A stretch of 63,033 nt of DNA, counting the filler, from Choristocarpus tenellus KU-1152 (lineage: Eukaryota > Protista > Phaeophyceae), in NCBI GenBank assembly GCA_964200185.2. It is 12 parts of 12 records of this genome, joined end to end, with 100 filler letters (N's around TTAATTAATTAA, not from the genome) between each part and the next. Parts side by side here need not be neighbours in the genome. Positions count along the whole stretch, not along the records: positions 14,391 to 25,495 come from CAXNAD020002502.1; positions 25,596 to 28,911 come from CAXNAD020020857.1; 10 more parts are not named here. One strand, written 5' to 3'. This document shows positions 14,291 through 27,542 of this stretch, piece by piece (position 1 is the stretch's first letter; each line of letters begins with the position of its first letter). The notes under the pieces were generated by a model. The model was not told where the DNA came from, did no database searches, and was given only the letters and a program-made list of their open reading frames with translations. The position numbers and the translations under genes were made by a program.

Positions 14291-17200
14291 NNNNNNNNNN
14301 NNNNNNNNNNNNNNNNNNNNNNNNNNNNNNNNNNTTAATTAATTAANNNNNNNNNNNNNNNNNNNNNNNNNNNNNNNNNNNNNNNNNNNNCCAAATGGAC
14401 ACTTTGGTGAAGACCCCCCCCCTCCAGATACTTTGGGTCTGAAAGGAAATCTGGTTCGATGTTTTAAGGTCAGCGTGCCAAGCACCACGGATCATACACC
14501 TGCACAATATATTCTATCTGTGACGGCAACACAAAAATGCTGGAAACCTAAAGCCAGGCGTCAAGGCTTCATTATCGAGCGACACAGAGTGGGGTCCCGC
14601 ACGAAATTTGAAGGAGGGAGAGCGTTGAGCTGTGAGATGGTTGAACACCATGGTTGAACACCATGGTTGAGGACCAACAAGTAATGAACAATTAGTCGCA
14701 GTGCAGTTAGTTAGTTACTATATAGTAGGTAAAATGAAAAGTACTGCTGCAGTTTGCAGTGCCTCTGACTACTGGTCGGGATAGTCCTGAGGGTAAACGG
14801 GAGAATAAAAATCATAGCACTTCCATTGAAGTACTGGTAAATCCCAACTCTGGTGAGTCTAAGGCAAAGTACTTGAGGGGGGGGTGCCACACAGTTTTAT
14901 TCCTATGACGTTTTGGTGGCATATGTTTTTGGAGAACACAGTCCACAGGTGTGGATTGCATTTTGACTGTTTGGTAGGAAATTGACGATCCCTTGCAGAA
15001 GGAAATTATCCTTATTGGTGCCCTTTTTCAGACACCTTCACCTTCTTTAAAAATAAAGTTGGAAAGTCCTTCAAACTAAATGTTGCCAAGACACCCTCCT
15101 CTCTCAGTGACTTTGTCTGGCGGCCATCTTGTTATACAATGTGTGTGATCAAGGCCGTTCAAGTTGTTTGCGAAATCCGATGCAGTATATACGGCATAAT
15201 AGTTGGATTTATTTCTTGTTGTGATGTTGAAAATGATGCTTCACAAAGTGACTGGACGGAAAATTCGTGGCTCACAACTATATAGCACAATCTTAAGTAC
15301 GTCAGAAATCAAGTCTAGGAAGCAAGGACTATTCCAGTAATCAAGGCCAAGATAGAGGAGGAGGGAAAGAGTTCTGCAGCATTTATACCCACATCAAACA
15401 AGAGTAGCTATATAAGATTATATGTAGCACTCGAACCGCTGGTAGCACTACCCTTTGGCTCAGAAATATGTAATGTTTTGGAGTTGATGTTCCTGTTTTA
15501 CTAGTGTTGTGTTTTATTATGCTTCGAAGTATATGTTATTGTACCCTCTAACATTTTGTGGGTGGGGCAGGGAAAATATATTTAACAAGTAATTGTACTC
15601 TATATACTCCGTATTAGTTTTTTCATCTTACAATATCGTGATTGATGAAAACTTGTTTTTCACGTTTGGTTTAGTTGGTTCAATAGAGGAAGCATAGCAA
15701 ATTCATGTGCCCATACGGCGCATGTATTTGTTATATTTATTTGTCAGAAACTACTCTGGATTCGATACTATCAAAACAGTAGATGCATACTCATACTTAG
15801 TGAGTATAACTTATACTGAGTACATCCAACTTTTCACAGTTGCACGAATACACCACGTAATTCCCTCGCACATTGCGATCACAAATCTAAAATTTGAGTC
15901 CATTGGGGGTAAAAACAAAGACATGATGAGGTATCACGGTCGAAGTCTCTCTCTCTCTCTCTCTCTCTCTCATAACATCCCACTCGAGGACGGCCACCAA
16001 ATATGACAATCCAGTGTTCAACACCGTGAATTGTAGACACTTGTGACGTCAACCAATCATTGCACAACACGGATCCCACACTGAGGTAGGTTCATTAGGT
16101 TCTTACTATAAAACTCACTGTCGGTATCTTATTCAAACCAAAATAGTTTCTGTCGACCTTACTCCTTCAGTCATGCATACATACTACGTAGTACTATGTA
16201 TGCTTAGCATTATTTCCTCCATGATGACAGAGGAGGGTTGACCCACTTCTTTGTCAATGATTAAGATCTAGCTCAGAGTTATATACTACTACTACTCAGA
16301 TGATTGAGAGGCGACGTTGTGGAAGTAGAGGTCTGTCTTTGCCCTTAATCTCTTCTTTAAACCAACTATTGAGTAGATCTGAGTAGACGTCCCACCTTAG
16401 AGGGGGATCTAAATTGGCGTTCTGATTATGTAGGACTTCTATAATATTCTGGAATTCAATTTCCATACCTGAAATGCGTCTTACCTCGACAGGAGGCTGT
16501 AGTTGCAGAAGAGGATTCGAACGCATTCATCCACCTAGCAAGTACGAAATCGGCTTCCAGAGTGCTAATATAGAACTACACATACCTGCGGCAGTCAAAG
16601 GGATCCAAATACTCAACGAAATCCCCTTCTGAGATAGAATGACTCAAACGCATTTAGAAAAAAATCAATTTCTATGTTTTTTTGAAGATGAGGAAAATAT
16701 TTCTAGGAAGCCGGAAGAGGTCACGCACCTTGCCTCCGTGCAATTAAATGATGCCACGCTAGACATCCGCCAACAATTGAGTCAGGTAGTCAGCCTCCTT
16801 ATGGAAGCTACACAAAATATCGTTTCTTCTACGATATATAATCTACCACCATAGAGTCATCGAGTGGGGTCCACTAAGAGAGGGTCAAGCGTCTATACAT
16901 CACGCGCAAAAACGCAAAAAGTGGTCCTCTCACAACGAGATAGTTCGCTTGATAATTAGTAAATTATGTCATCTCTATAACAACTGTAATATGTCAGTAA
17001 GAACAAAAAAAAATTTACGGCACAAGTTGTAACCGAGACAGATGGTGTGGAGGGTGGAGGGTAACTGAGGCGGGGCTTAGAAGCGCAGGATACTCATTCA
17101 TTCTCCGTGTATCTTTGAAAATATAGAAAATGGCATTTTATATCAAATATCAGAGTATTGACGAGTTCTCAATCCACCCAACCAATTGTAGTGTGCATTT

Positions 17201-17743
17201 TTTGTTTGGTCGCTTCCTCCTTCCGTCTACCTCCAGGTAGTGTGCACATTATTTTTGTTTAGTAGTAGTAAATAGTTATTATTTGAGCTCTATTATGACG
17301 GTGACCACTTACTCATGTTTGTTGCTGTGTCTGCGTGAGTTTTTCCCAAAACGTGCAACCACCTGCTTGCTACCTTGCACTCCCCGAATCACCAAAACTA
17401 GAAAACAGATTGAGCTCTAGAGCCTTAGACCACAAATAAGTGCAGCAGTGACACAAGTTTCTATTAAATAGTGAGGTTGTAACAGAAATTATTGGTAGGG
17501 AAGAGACTCAAATATGCTCTTTCTTCTACATTTACTATATTATTGGTTTACATTAGTGCTTGGTCGGTGTATAATACCTGAATTGGACCAGAAATAGGCA
17601 AAGTTTCTTTCTTTAATATTACAAATAACATAATTTTGCCTTTTCTTGGTATCTTTATCATGTAGCCCTGCCAGCCAACCTCTCAATTGGTTTGACTCAA
17701 TGACTAGAATCAGATCAGATCTGATGCAAATATCTATCCTTCA

Positions 17744-18002
17744 GAGTCAAAGTATCTTAGAGGGTAGAGTCGCGTCCATTTGGGACCAAAATCCAATGTT
17801 GCAATTTTGATATAATTTTGACTATCATGTTTGTTCGGAGATGCCAATATCTTTGTTCTGGACTCACCTTTTCGTTATGTATACATTTTACCTACTCCGA
17901 AACAATTTTGGAGTGCGTAAAATTCCATTAAAAACCCGTGGGAAGCCAATCCCCAAATGGACAAACAGGGCAAAACTCATACCCTGTTAAGATACTTTCA
18001 CT
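17744..18002. mobile_element. MITE family A, reverse orientation
   Basis: GAGTCAAAGTATCTTAGAGGGTAG...GATACTTTCACT, flanked by TTCA on both sides if the terminal C is lost. Confidence 0.9.
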
Positions 18003-19406
18003 TTCAATCACTTCCCATGTCATCCACAGCTCATCAGGTGTATTCAAAGCAATACCTGTATTTAATCTGTTGATCCTCCATACACAAAAGATGTGCGATG
18101 CTCAAACCTTTTTATTAATTGATTTTGTGTAGTTGTGTGCTGTTGTAGGTTGTATTTTTGTGCGATACTAATCATTGTAATACAAGATTAGTGCAACTCC
18201 TGACACTAATGTGTCATTGGAATAGCAGTTGGCTTTGCACGTGAGAGGGATCAAGCCCATTGCACTCTCCTGGTGTGTGGGAGGAGATGCATGAAGGGGT
18301 ATTGCTGCAATGTTGTTGAAGTGATAAATAAATACACTACAATGTGAAACCACGCACTTGCGGCGTGTGTGCCTAGATGCCCAATTAGATATTGTCACTT
18401 CACACAGTATTCTGTACTCTTAGAGGCTCAGTGCAGTAGGAGGAGAAGGAAACATTGCTTCACTTTCGATCTGCGAAAAAGAGTAGAAGAGACTAGGCTA
18501 TTGCTACAGGGGATAAGAAACTTTGAAAGATGCAATGTGGACAGACAAGGTGTAGTAGTGGTGGTAGCAATAGCAGTAGATGTTTCTTAATCCAACTTGA
18601 AAACAGTACATTACAGTACTTCATACATAACAAAGTCTAATAATGACAGCACTTGCTTTGGTTGTCAATGTGTCTTATCACCCAAATTAGGTGCACAAAG
18701 CGAGATGTCTTATTGTCAGTAGTAGCAGTGCTCTCTCCATTGATGGAATCTAAAAATATTGACGACAGAGGTCGTGTGGCCCATAAAGAATCCACCCGTA
18801 AGTGACTTGCATTGGAACCAACTGTGTGGAGTACTTCTAACAGCTTGTGGACACATCATACCCTTGAAACCTATTGATATTGTTGTTCTGTGTAGTGTTA
18901 TATCACCAACTACAATACATAAACTCATACTCGCGTCAAAGTAGATGTTTCCCTGAGTGCGCCAATTTATTCTTCGGGTAAAAGAAAAAAAAATGGTTTG
19001 CTAAATTGACTCAAGATCCTAAAGAGGATGGCCAGATGCTGTTGCGTCCAGGCAAGCTGCTTTCTTTCAAAGCTACCTCCAAGCACGTCTACGTTGGCAC
19101 AGCAACCAACGTCTATGCGGGTAAATTGGCAAGATATAGCCCTATTAAAGCCCCTTCTTGTTCAAATACAAAAAATCAGGAGCATCCAATTCATATCGAC
19201 TCAGGGAACAAAAATCGTAGCAGAGGGAGGGTGGGAGGGAGGAGTTGTACGGACATGAGGGGGGGAAATGTACATTTGCTACATACTCGGTTCTCTTTGT
19301 GATGAGGTAATAAGTCCCACTTGCACATAACTCTTCCTTTTCCACACGCGTGTCCTCCTCCACTTCTTCTGTACAAAAAAATGTCGTTTCAATTATCCAT
19401 TGTTGA

Positions 19407-22400
19407 CTATTCTTTTTTTTCTTCTCCCTCAACTCCCTCTTCTTCCTCTTCCACCTTGTCCTTGAGGCTAGGGTCCTGACAGAGGGAGGACGACATCCAG
19501 CCAAGAAACGGCAGAATGGGTGCTAGGGGCGTTAGTGTCACGGTGATGTTGAGATGAAACACGCTTGAGTAGGTAGTTCTTTCTTGATCTCAATCCACCA
19601 TACGGTAGAAATGAGTCAAATAGAGTGGGAGTATATGTCGATGCAAACAACCTTCGTAGTGAATACTGTAGTGGAACCATTTGTTACGCACGCAGCGGTT
19701 AGGAGGAAAGAGGACCAAACAAGGCTACACAAGGTGCTCTCTCCTCCATTGTTTCACAAACTACCAACAGCTGATTTTTCAGTGAACACAATAGTTTGCC
19801 CAACAAGATATTGCTTCTTCCACAACACACCCCAGTTGACCCCCCCTTCTCCCCCCACGGCCCATTATCCTACATAAATTCAGTCCCATATATATATATA
19901 TATAAGTGTATTTGCCTGCAACGACTGACTTACAGATTGGATCACCACGAGAGTAAAGTTGTCATGAAGTGCAATGATCATCTCGTGCTCGCCCGTGCGA
20001 AGTCGCAGCGACTCCACATCATTCTGCAGGTGGTTGGAGTCACAAATGATGGTGTTCAAGGCAACAGTAACGTGTCTGGTCTTGGATTATGTGACAGTGT
20101 CGGTGAAGGGTTTGCAGTCAAGCCAAGCAGAAAGTGAATATGTCATTATGGGAACAAAGGTTCAACAGGAGAACAGCTGGACAGGAAATAGTTATACTGT
20201 CTCCTGGAATTCCACTCCAGGAGCCTGGGTAGTGCTAAAGCGGAGGGATAGGGGAAGTGATACCACCAGCAGTAACATTTACACAAGTGGGGTTGTCTCT
20301 TTGTCACATTAAGTCGATGGGATTGATTTTGAACGCAAGCCTAGTACAGAGACAACTGCATTGCCAGAGCTCTGCTGTGGAAATTTTTCTGTACTGTTCG
20401 AACAGTATGGCCACAGCATGAACAAACAAGTGGGAACACTGCAAAACATTATTTGAAGTAGAAGGGATCATTCAATGCCATTTCTCATTTGTTTATGTTG
20501 GTCACTGTCATAAGATAGCCCATGTGTGTTAGCACATCAGATTCAGGCATACATCATGATACATGCTCCCCCGCACATGTTCAATGGTCTGACTGAAGCA
20601 AACTGTTACTGTGTGATTTGGTTGGCTTCAAAACTCGACCTTCCATTCACTGTTTGATCACGATACAGTAAGTTGACAGGGAAGAAAGACGTATGGGAAG
20701 GGGAGGAGGGTGGGGACTGTGCCGTCTTTCTGAACAAGTGCCGCCTCAAACGTAACTTTTAGATGCCATCAGACCAATTAGGACCCTTCTTTGGACTAAT
20801 ATTTTGCTGTGTCCAAATCTTTGGGTGACACATGTGTATACTATCAATTGTAGTACAGTATATACTTACTAGTACAACTACTTTAGAGCTGACCGAAGGT
20901 AAGATTTAGTTAACCATAGTGACAACATGTTGTATAGCCTCATAGCTACACAGTCCAAACAGCTCAGTACTTCAAAGCAGCTCAACATTTGCACGCTGCA
21001 AAGATCTGTCGGCAAAAAGGGAGAGATTGATGAACTGATGCTTAAGGATTTAAAAGACAAGCGAACTCTCTAAGATAAGAAGGTCATGTTCTTCAGTTTT
21101 GTTCCGAACAGCATACTTGTGATACCTTGGCAAACCGAGGCATCCTATTGTTGAAGGCCCTGTGACTGCCTACTCGACAAAAACAAGTAGGCAGTCAGAG
21201 ACATTAAGGAACAAAGGGCTAAAGTGTCTACTGGACTACGGGCATCTTAATTGATGCGGACTATATGTCTCCTCTTGTCATTCTTGCTCTTTCTTTTGTT
21301 GAATTCGTCCAATTTTCACGTTCTTTGCTTTAGAATATCAAACAAAATGTAAGTATGAAAAAAAAATTCAACTTCACAGAGTATATGTGTATAACTGGGC
21401 AAACAGCACCAACACATTTTTCTGGACAACAGTCATTATAGGACCAATTGGCTCAAATGTTTTCTGGACAAAGGACAATACAGACCAAAGAATACTGAAT
21501 GTTGCCCTGACAACAGACATTACATGCAAGCCTTAGGGTTACGGTTAGGCATAGGGATAGGGATAGTTTTTCGGACGATGCTGAGCAAATGAAAGTGCCG
21601 TTAAATGGATTCAACATCACAGAGCAACTGAACCCTGAATATTGCCCTGTTAACAGAACAAGGTCAGATATGATTGAATGCAAACTCTAGCGTTGAGGAT
21701 TTCATTTTCAGAGGTGTGCGGCTGTTAAAGACAAGTGGTAGGTCAAGCATTACTCTCTACTAGACCATGTAACCACTCTTATACTACTGATACATCCCTA
21801 CAATTGTTCAGGTAGGAACTGCAGCACTGAATTCTACTATTATTACCCTTGCTGGTGCCTTGTGTCCAAGTCTCCTCTGTTGTCGATTTTCACAATGTAC
21901 TGAACCCCAACACGGATCTCCTTCTTAGGATATGTGTTGTGTCAAATTCTCGCCAAAGATATTGAGTGGAAGAGGTGAGGTGTGCATGTATTACATGCAG
22001 TGACTCTAGGCAACAATGCGCAAACTGAACAACTCCATGAAGAAAATGCGTGCGGCACAACAGGTGGCGTACTGACGGATTGGATTTCCTTCCTGAATTT
22101 CAGCAACACTCACTAAAACGTTCTTCAGAAGGCATCAATGTCAGCTATCACTTCAGGTGTTCACAAGTGTTTCCTACTATTTCATGCATAAACATGCAAC
22201 CCCAGTAAATACACCTTATCTATTTGCTCCGTACTGCAATATGTATGAGCCTACGTAGAACCCACGAGTATGACATGACAAATCTAGGAGAGACTTCAAT
22301 TTGTGAAGAATGATATCTGACAGAGTAGTTTTGCGACTTTGTGGGTACGTCGTTAATCTGAGGCTAGGAGGGAGCATATTGTTCTGAATTTCGTGGATCG

Positions 22401-23160
22401 AGGTTTGTCCAGCTCGAGAATTTTTTTTCATGTGCAACGTAGAGGATGGAGGCGACTCACATCTGGAGGCTCAAAAAGTTCCCGCATATACTTTTTGGAC
22501 TTGCTGGCGAGATCGAGAACCAACGCTGCATGATGAACGGCCTCTCGGTATTCCATGCTTTCATACTTGATCACAATTCCTGGTAGGTCAAGTTTGGGGA
22601 CAATAATGATAGTGATCGGAGGGTGTGGTGCAACTGAAACGTCAGATAGCATTATACCCAAGGATCGTGACACACATCTAAGTGACTCTCCTCCTCGAAC
22701 CAGTTGCTAATTCCGATACTACTCTAGCTCTCAACTGATGAAAGGTCCTCAGTACGGCAGCATCCATAATTCAGCTTTCAGTCTTTTCAATTAAATACCA
22801 CTGAACCACTTTGTCTGTCAAGATTACAGTGAAATTGAGAGGACAGGGGGGGTGCACTCCACCCTTAGATTGCACAAGTGTCATATAACTACGAAGCTGG
22901 ACGGCATATCTTACCATCATTATTCATGATAACATATGCCGAGAAGCCCACGTTTGTCTTCAACTCCTTGATCACCTCTTCCACCTCGTTCACCTGCTGA
23001 GACTGGGAGACGACCAACAATCGGTCTTAGAATAGGTGTGTTGCCCATTCTAACTCTGCTCATGATGAGTCGAAAGTTGGCCACTAAAGCACACCCCAAG
23101 CCTATCTCGGAGGGCGATCTTCGTATTTGCACTAGAACGTCGAGTTGCACTCACCGCCAT
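19407..23160 (-). CDS. DYNLRB: Dynein light chain roadblock/LC7-family protein, complete, 120 aa; exons 23155-23160, 22915-22993, 22461-22579, 19934-20023, 19407-19475
   Basis: Five phase-compatible GT-AG exons: MA|VNEVEEVIKELKTNVGFSAYVIMNNDG|IVIKYESMEYREAVHHAALVLDLASKSKKYMRELFEPPD|NDVESLRLRTGEHEMIIALHDNFTLVVIQS|DPSLKDKVEEEEEGVEGEEKKE*. Matches the roadblock pattern (EVEE, LR.R...E.I.A). Confidence 0.9.
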
Positions 23161-23330
23161 TGATGAAAGCAGACTGGGGGACTATTCGAAGATCAATCGT
23201 CACAGGTACTACGATGGAAGATAATGAAGACGGTTTCTAGGAATTGAAAGTGACAAGGTTCAGGTATACCCTGTACCGACATTCACTTCAACAAACCCAC
23301 AAGACCTCTACATACCAACACTCACTTGCC
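23161..23330. promoter_or_regulatory. Putative bidirectional promoter
   Basis: Only 170 bp separate two divergent start codons (23160 minus, 23331 plus). Confidence 0.6.
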
Positions 23331-24911
23331 ATGTTTGCCCCCATCTCTCAATCCACATTGTGGGTAACCCTTGTCGCCTTCGCGCTAGTGAATGTTCCTG
23401 CAGATGGAGACAAAAGACCTAGCCCCCAGCAAGGAGGTTCAGGGTCCAGGCCCTCCTTGCTGGGTTTTCAAGGATGGTGGACTGGAACTAGTCCTGACCA
23501 GTACCTTTCCAGGGTCGGTAGGGATTTGAGATCACAAGAAAAAGGCTCTTTCCGCAATGGCAGGGCGCCAGTAGGTCTCATTATGAGTGGTAGGGGTGGT
23601 AGAGATGCGAATTCCAATAGTGCGGGCTCAAAAGGGAGCAACAAGAAGAAGCCACCGACTCTTCCACAGGTAATACTGTACCTCGCTACCTCTTACAGCC
23701 ATGGAATTCCGATAATGATATGACTTAACGCTCCTATCTTGAATGACCATGGATCGAACGTGCTCTCCGTGTTGCTGCCTGTGTGAAAGGCCGTGGGTTG
23801 AATATTATGTGACTACAATCACGACAGCTATGTGATCTGTCTAATCTTAGTTATCTCTAGACAATAACATTGCATGTTTCAGATACGTAAAGAGGATTGA
23901 AATATGGACTTGGGGGACTACCACCCCTTTCCGCTTCAGTAAAGTGCCAGTATGCCAAGCCCATAGTTCGACAGTCCAGGTAGCAACCCTACCTCAAGCA
24001 GTCAATCCTTGAACGGCAAACATCAACCCTCGTCTCGCCGTAGGGAGAGTTTCGGCCCAAGCAAAGTCTGGGACAGAACTACCTCAGCGATCAGAATTAC
24101 GTTCTCAAGATCTGCAATCATTTTGGAGACACATCTGAGCGGGGTCGAAGGGTGGTGGAGCTCGGACCTGGGGCAGGGGCGCTTACACAGGTCTCAACTC
24201 CTCACATCGACCCTGGACAAGCCCCTTTATCCCCCATTTCATGACGAACCCCAGTCATAAACGCCCTTTTGGGCCACTACCAGGTCTCTTCATCTGTCCC
24301 ACCTCTGCGCACTATCACCCATCACCGCCTTTCATTCGTCCAACGACATCCCTGCACCTCCGTTCGTCCCTACCCATCCCACAATCTCCCCTCTTTCCTT
24401 GAAAAACCTCGAGCGTTGACTTGGTAATGAACATTCCAGGGTCTATTGTAAACCTTTCTAAAGGGAGGAAAAGATAGGATAGATTATGAAGCATTTGGAA
24501 TTAGGGAAGTTAAGGTATAGCACACGGAACAGTAAGTTTGTTGTAGACCCCTGTCCCTATGTCCAAGTCCTACCCTAACCCTACAATTGAAGAAAAGTGG
24601 TCAAAGCATGGTTATTCCTTCTCTCTTCTTTCCTGGTCACATCATTTCCAAAATAAGAGTAGGGTAAGGCAGTGGTTTTCAGCATGACTTCCATTTTTAT
24701 GTGATTGAGAGTGAGTGATGGACAGGGTGGTGTGGTAGTCAAATAGCAGAGCATGGATACAATACATGAGAACATACTAAGTACGTTTATGAGCACAAGA
24801 CACACCACACACAATGTTCACACATGTACTCACAATCACACATGCACACAGGTTCTGCATGAGCGATTTCCAGACATGCTTGCAGTGGATATTGACCAAA
24901 GGTCTATTGAG
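23331..24911 (+). CDS. ksgA: KsgA/RsmA/Dim1-family rRNA adenine dimethyltransferase, probably plastid-targeted, 5' part; exons 23331-23669, 24044-24190, 24852-24911
   Basis: GEFRPKQSLGQNYLSDQNYVLKI...VVELGPGAGALTQ|VLHERFPDMLAVDIDQRSIE contains the GQN(F/Y)L motif, the SAM-binding GPGxG and the acidic motif II. The N-terminus is a hydrophobic signal-like segment followed by an S/R/G-rich stretch. Confidence 0.9.
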
Positions 24912-26530
24912 GTGAGAATGCAATCGATCCTATCCAAAAATATTTGAGGCTCCCCCTTTCCCTCCTGGTCCCCTATTGTCCAATTTCAGAGTACTGTTTT
25001 GACAACAGTTCAGTGTTTCATTAATAGCCCTTTGGAGTGGAAAGCCAAGTGAATGCAGTGTTGTGGGAACCGTGTTGGATGGGAGTTTCAGACCTATTGT
25101 TGAGCAGTTGAGAAAGAAAATGTGATTTGTAGTGCCCACAGGGTGTGTAGCCTGCGATTACTGTAGACTACCTTTCTCCCTTGGCACTGTTCTGTTTTCA
25201 ACTTGTGAAGCCTGAGGGACAACTGAAGTTAAGGTTAGGGTTAGGACACAAAATGTCTACCGATGAAAGGACAATGCCTGATCAATGCCAGGGAAGATCC
25301 CCCTTCCCTTCACTGCTGTTTTGATGGGGCACTTTGTACAACACTTATGTGCGAATGAGGTGAGATATGCTGATCTGTACCCACTGCAGCATGAAACATA
25401 ATCGGTATTATGGTTACGTGACTCCTGTGCAATAGCCTCCTTGAACAAGCCCTCCCCCCCCCCCCCCCCCCCCCCCTTCCCGCGTCGGGGCTATTNNNNN
25501 NNNNNNNNNNNNNNNNNNNNNNNNNNNNNNNNNNNNNNNTTAATTAATTAANNNNNNNNNNNNNNNNNNNNNNNNNNNNNNNNNNNNNNNNNNNNTGCTT
25601 CAAACCCCCAATCCCAAAATTTTAAAAAATTTCCCCCCCCCCCCCCCCCCCCCCGGTATTTGTCATTTTTTGTTATACTCTGTGTAAATGGACTTGCAAG
25701 CAGGACAGTGTGCTCACGTTTCAAGAAAGAGTCCACTCTCTTTGCTCTCTTCTTTTTTTTACATCTCCTATAGTGTGTGTGTGTTTGTGTGTGTGAAGTG
25801 TTGGCCAATGGATTTGTTTGTAATGGATTGGTATGTAGTGTGGAGTGGTGTGGCTTGGAATGCGATGGTATCATGAATTGGTTTCGCTTGATGTGTGGGG
25901 TAGGCTGGTTGTGGTGTGAGTAGTAACAGAATCAGTTGCTTCCCCAAGATTTGTGTATGCAAATGAACTTATTGATTCCTTGTTGGGTTGGACAGGATAT
26001 ATATATATATATATATGGGGCGGGGGTTAGAGAAAGGAGTGAACCATAATTCCAGAGTGGAGAAGTTCCCTTGTCCAGCATTCACTCGTTCCACCGATCA
26101 CTATTCACTAAATTACTAGTCAGCGATGACTCATCACCCATTGCTTTCTACAATGTCTCTCTTTCCATCCCTGAGCTCTTCTTTTCTTTGCCTTCTTTTT
26201 CGTCATGAATACGTGCTCTTCTCCCCATCCCTCAGAATGCGATATCTTTCCTCTTGCATGCAATGAACCGGTAGGTAGGTAGGTAGGTAGGTAGTTTTTT
26301 TTTTGCAGCATCTTCCTTCGCGAGGGAGATGAGTTTGACGAGTTTTATTGTTATTATTATTATTATGTTATTATATTATAATATTGTTATTGTATTGTTA
26401 TTATTATATTGTTATTGACACTGAGGTTAGACACTCGATGGGGGTATGTGAGTACGGTCATTGATGGGTGAAGGTAACTCCCTCTCTCGCTCACCTGCAT
26501 CAGACACAGCCCGCGTGTTCTTGTGTGTGT

Positions 26531-26630
26531 TGGGTTGGGGTTAGGGTTAGTACTACAGCAATGGGGGTGTTTTGTTAGGGTTGGGGTTAGGGTTAGGGTT
26601 AGTGCTACAGCAATGGGGGTGTTTTGTTGC
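26531..26630. repeat. Duplicated unit: (TTAGGG/TTGGGG)n + TAGTRCTACAGCAATGGGGGTGTTTTGTT, two copies
   Basis: Direct duplication visible, each copy preceded by telomeric hexamers. Confidence 0.8.
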
Positions 26631-27058
26631 TCTGTTCCTATTGGCTATTTTCCAACACGAGCTGACTCTTACAAAGCTGTGCAGAGTTTGATATTTAGTC
26701 GGATGTTTTTGAACAGAGGTGCTGGGAGAGGCGTTACCAATCCTCAATCATAGTCTGTACTCAAGAGTCAATTAGGAAGCGGTGTTGAAGACAAATATCC
26801 CCCCCCCCCCCCCCCCCAAGTGTTCATATATATGATGTGGAACATATCACTGCCTTGTTCAGGAGATGAACCATTATCATTATCAAGCTGAAGCTGGGCG
26901 ACAAAATGAAAGAGATGATGACTACACCTTGTTCTGCAGCAACTACCTCTGATCCTATCGAGTTGCTTTCATGTACAGAGCTAGCCTGTACTCTGTGATC
27001 AACAGCATGTTACTTGTTGAGTTGATACGCTATGCCTTGCCTGCTTCTGCATCTCCAG

Positions 27059-27159
27059 CAGCAGCCCCTGCTGCCGCCGCCACTGGAGGGAAGGGAGGAC
27101 TTTCTTCTGTGTTTGGGGAGCTGAGCAAGGGTCTGGATGTCACAAAGGGGCTCAAAAAG
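27059..27159 (+). CDS. CAP: Adenylyl cyclase-associated protein (CAP/Srv2), single internal exon (WH2 region)
   Basis: AAPAAAATGGKGGLSSVFGELSKGLDVTKGLKK matches the CAP WH2 consensus (LF.EL..G..VT.GLKKV). AG/GT flanks present. Confidence 0.8.
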
Positions 27160-27348
27160 GTGCTTTTGGGGTCAGGGAAGGGACTGTGTACGATTTGTCA
27201 AGATTTTTTGTTTTATTTTATGCGTGGAGGAAAGGAGGAAGCCATTGTGTACATAGATGAATGTATTGGTTATTTCATAGCTATTGGCTGGAGAGGATGA
27301 AGATGTAGGAAAGGGGAGTGGGGGGGGGGGTGAACTTGTCGACAAATG

Positions 27349-27542
27349 GTCTCTCGGAACCATTTCTTACTGAGAACTATTCCTTTCTCTTGTTCATCAT
27401 GAATGGTCTCTCATAACCATTTCTTTATCAGAGCCGTTCCTTTCTCTTGTTCATCATAAGCGGTCTCTCGGAACCTTTTCTTACTCAGAACTGTTCCTTT
27501 CTCTTGTTCATACTAACTCAGGTCTCTTCCTCTTGTTCATCA
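27349..27542. repeat. Minisatellite, ~57-bp unit, three copies plus a partial
   Basis: GGTCTCTC..AACC.TTTCTT...TTCCTTTCTCTTGTTCAT starts at ~27349, 27405, 27462 and 27521. Confidence 0.85.

Noticed and set aside
23015-23135. GLRIG tyrosine-recombinase-like or endonuclease-like peptide on the plus strand
   Set aside because: It lies in the first intron of the roadblock gene with no further motifs; chance similarity.
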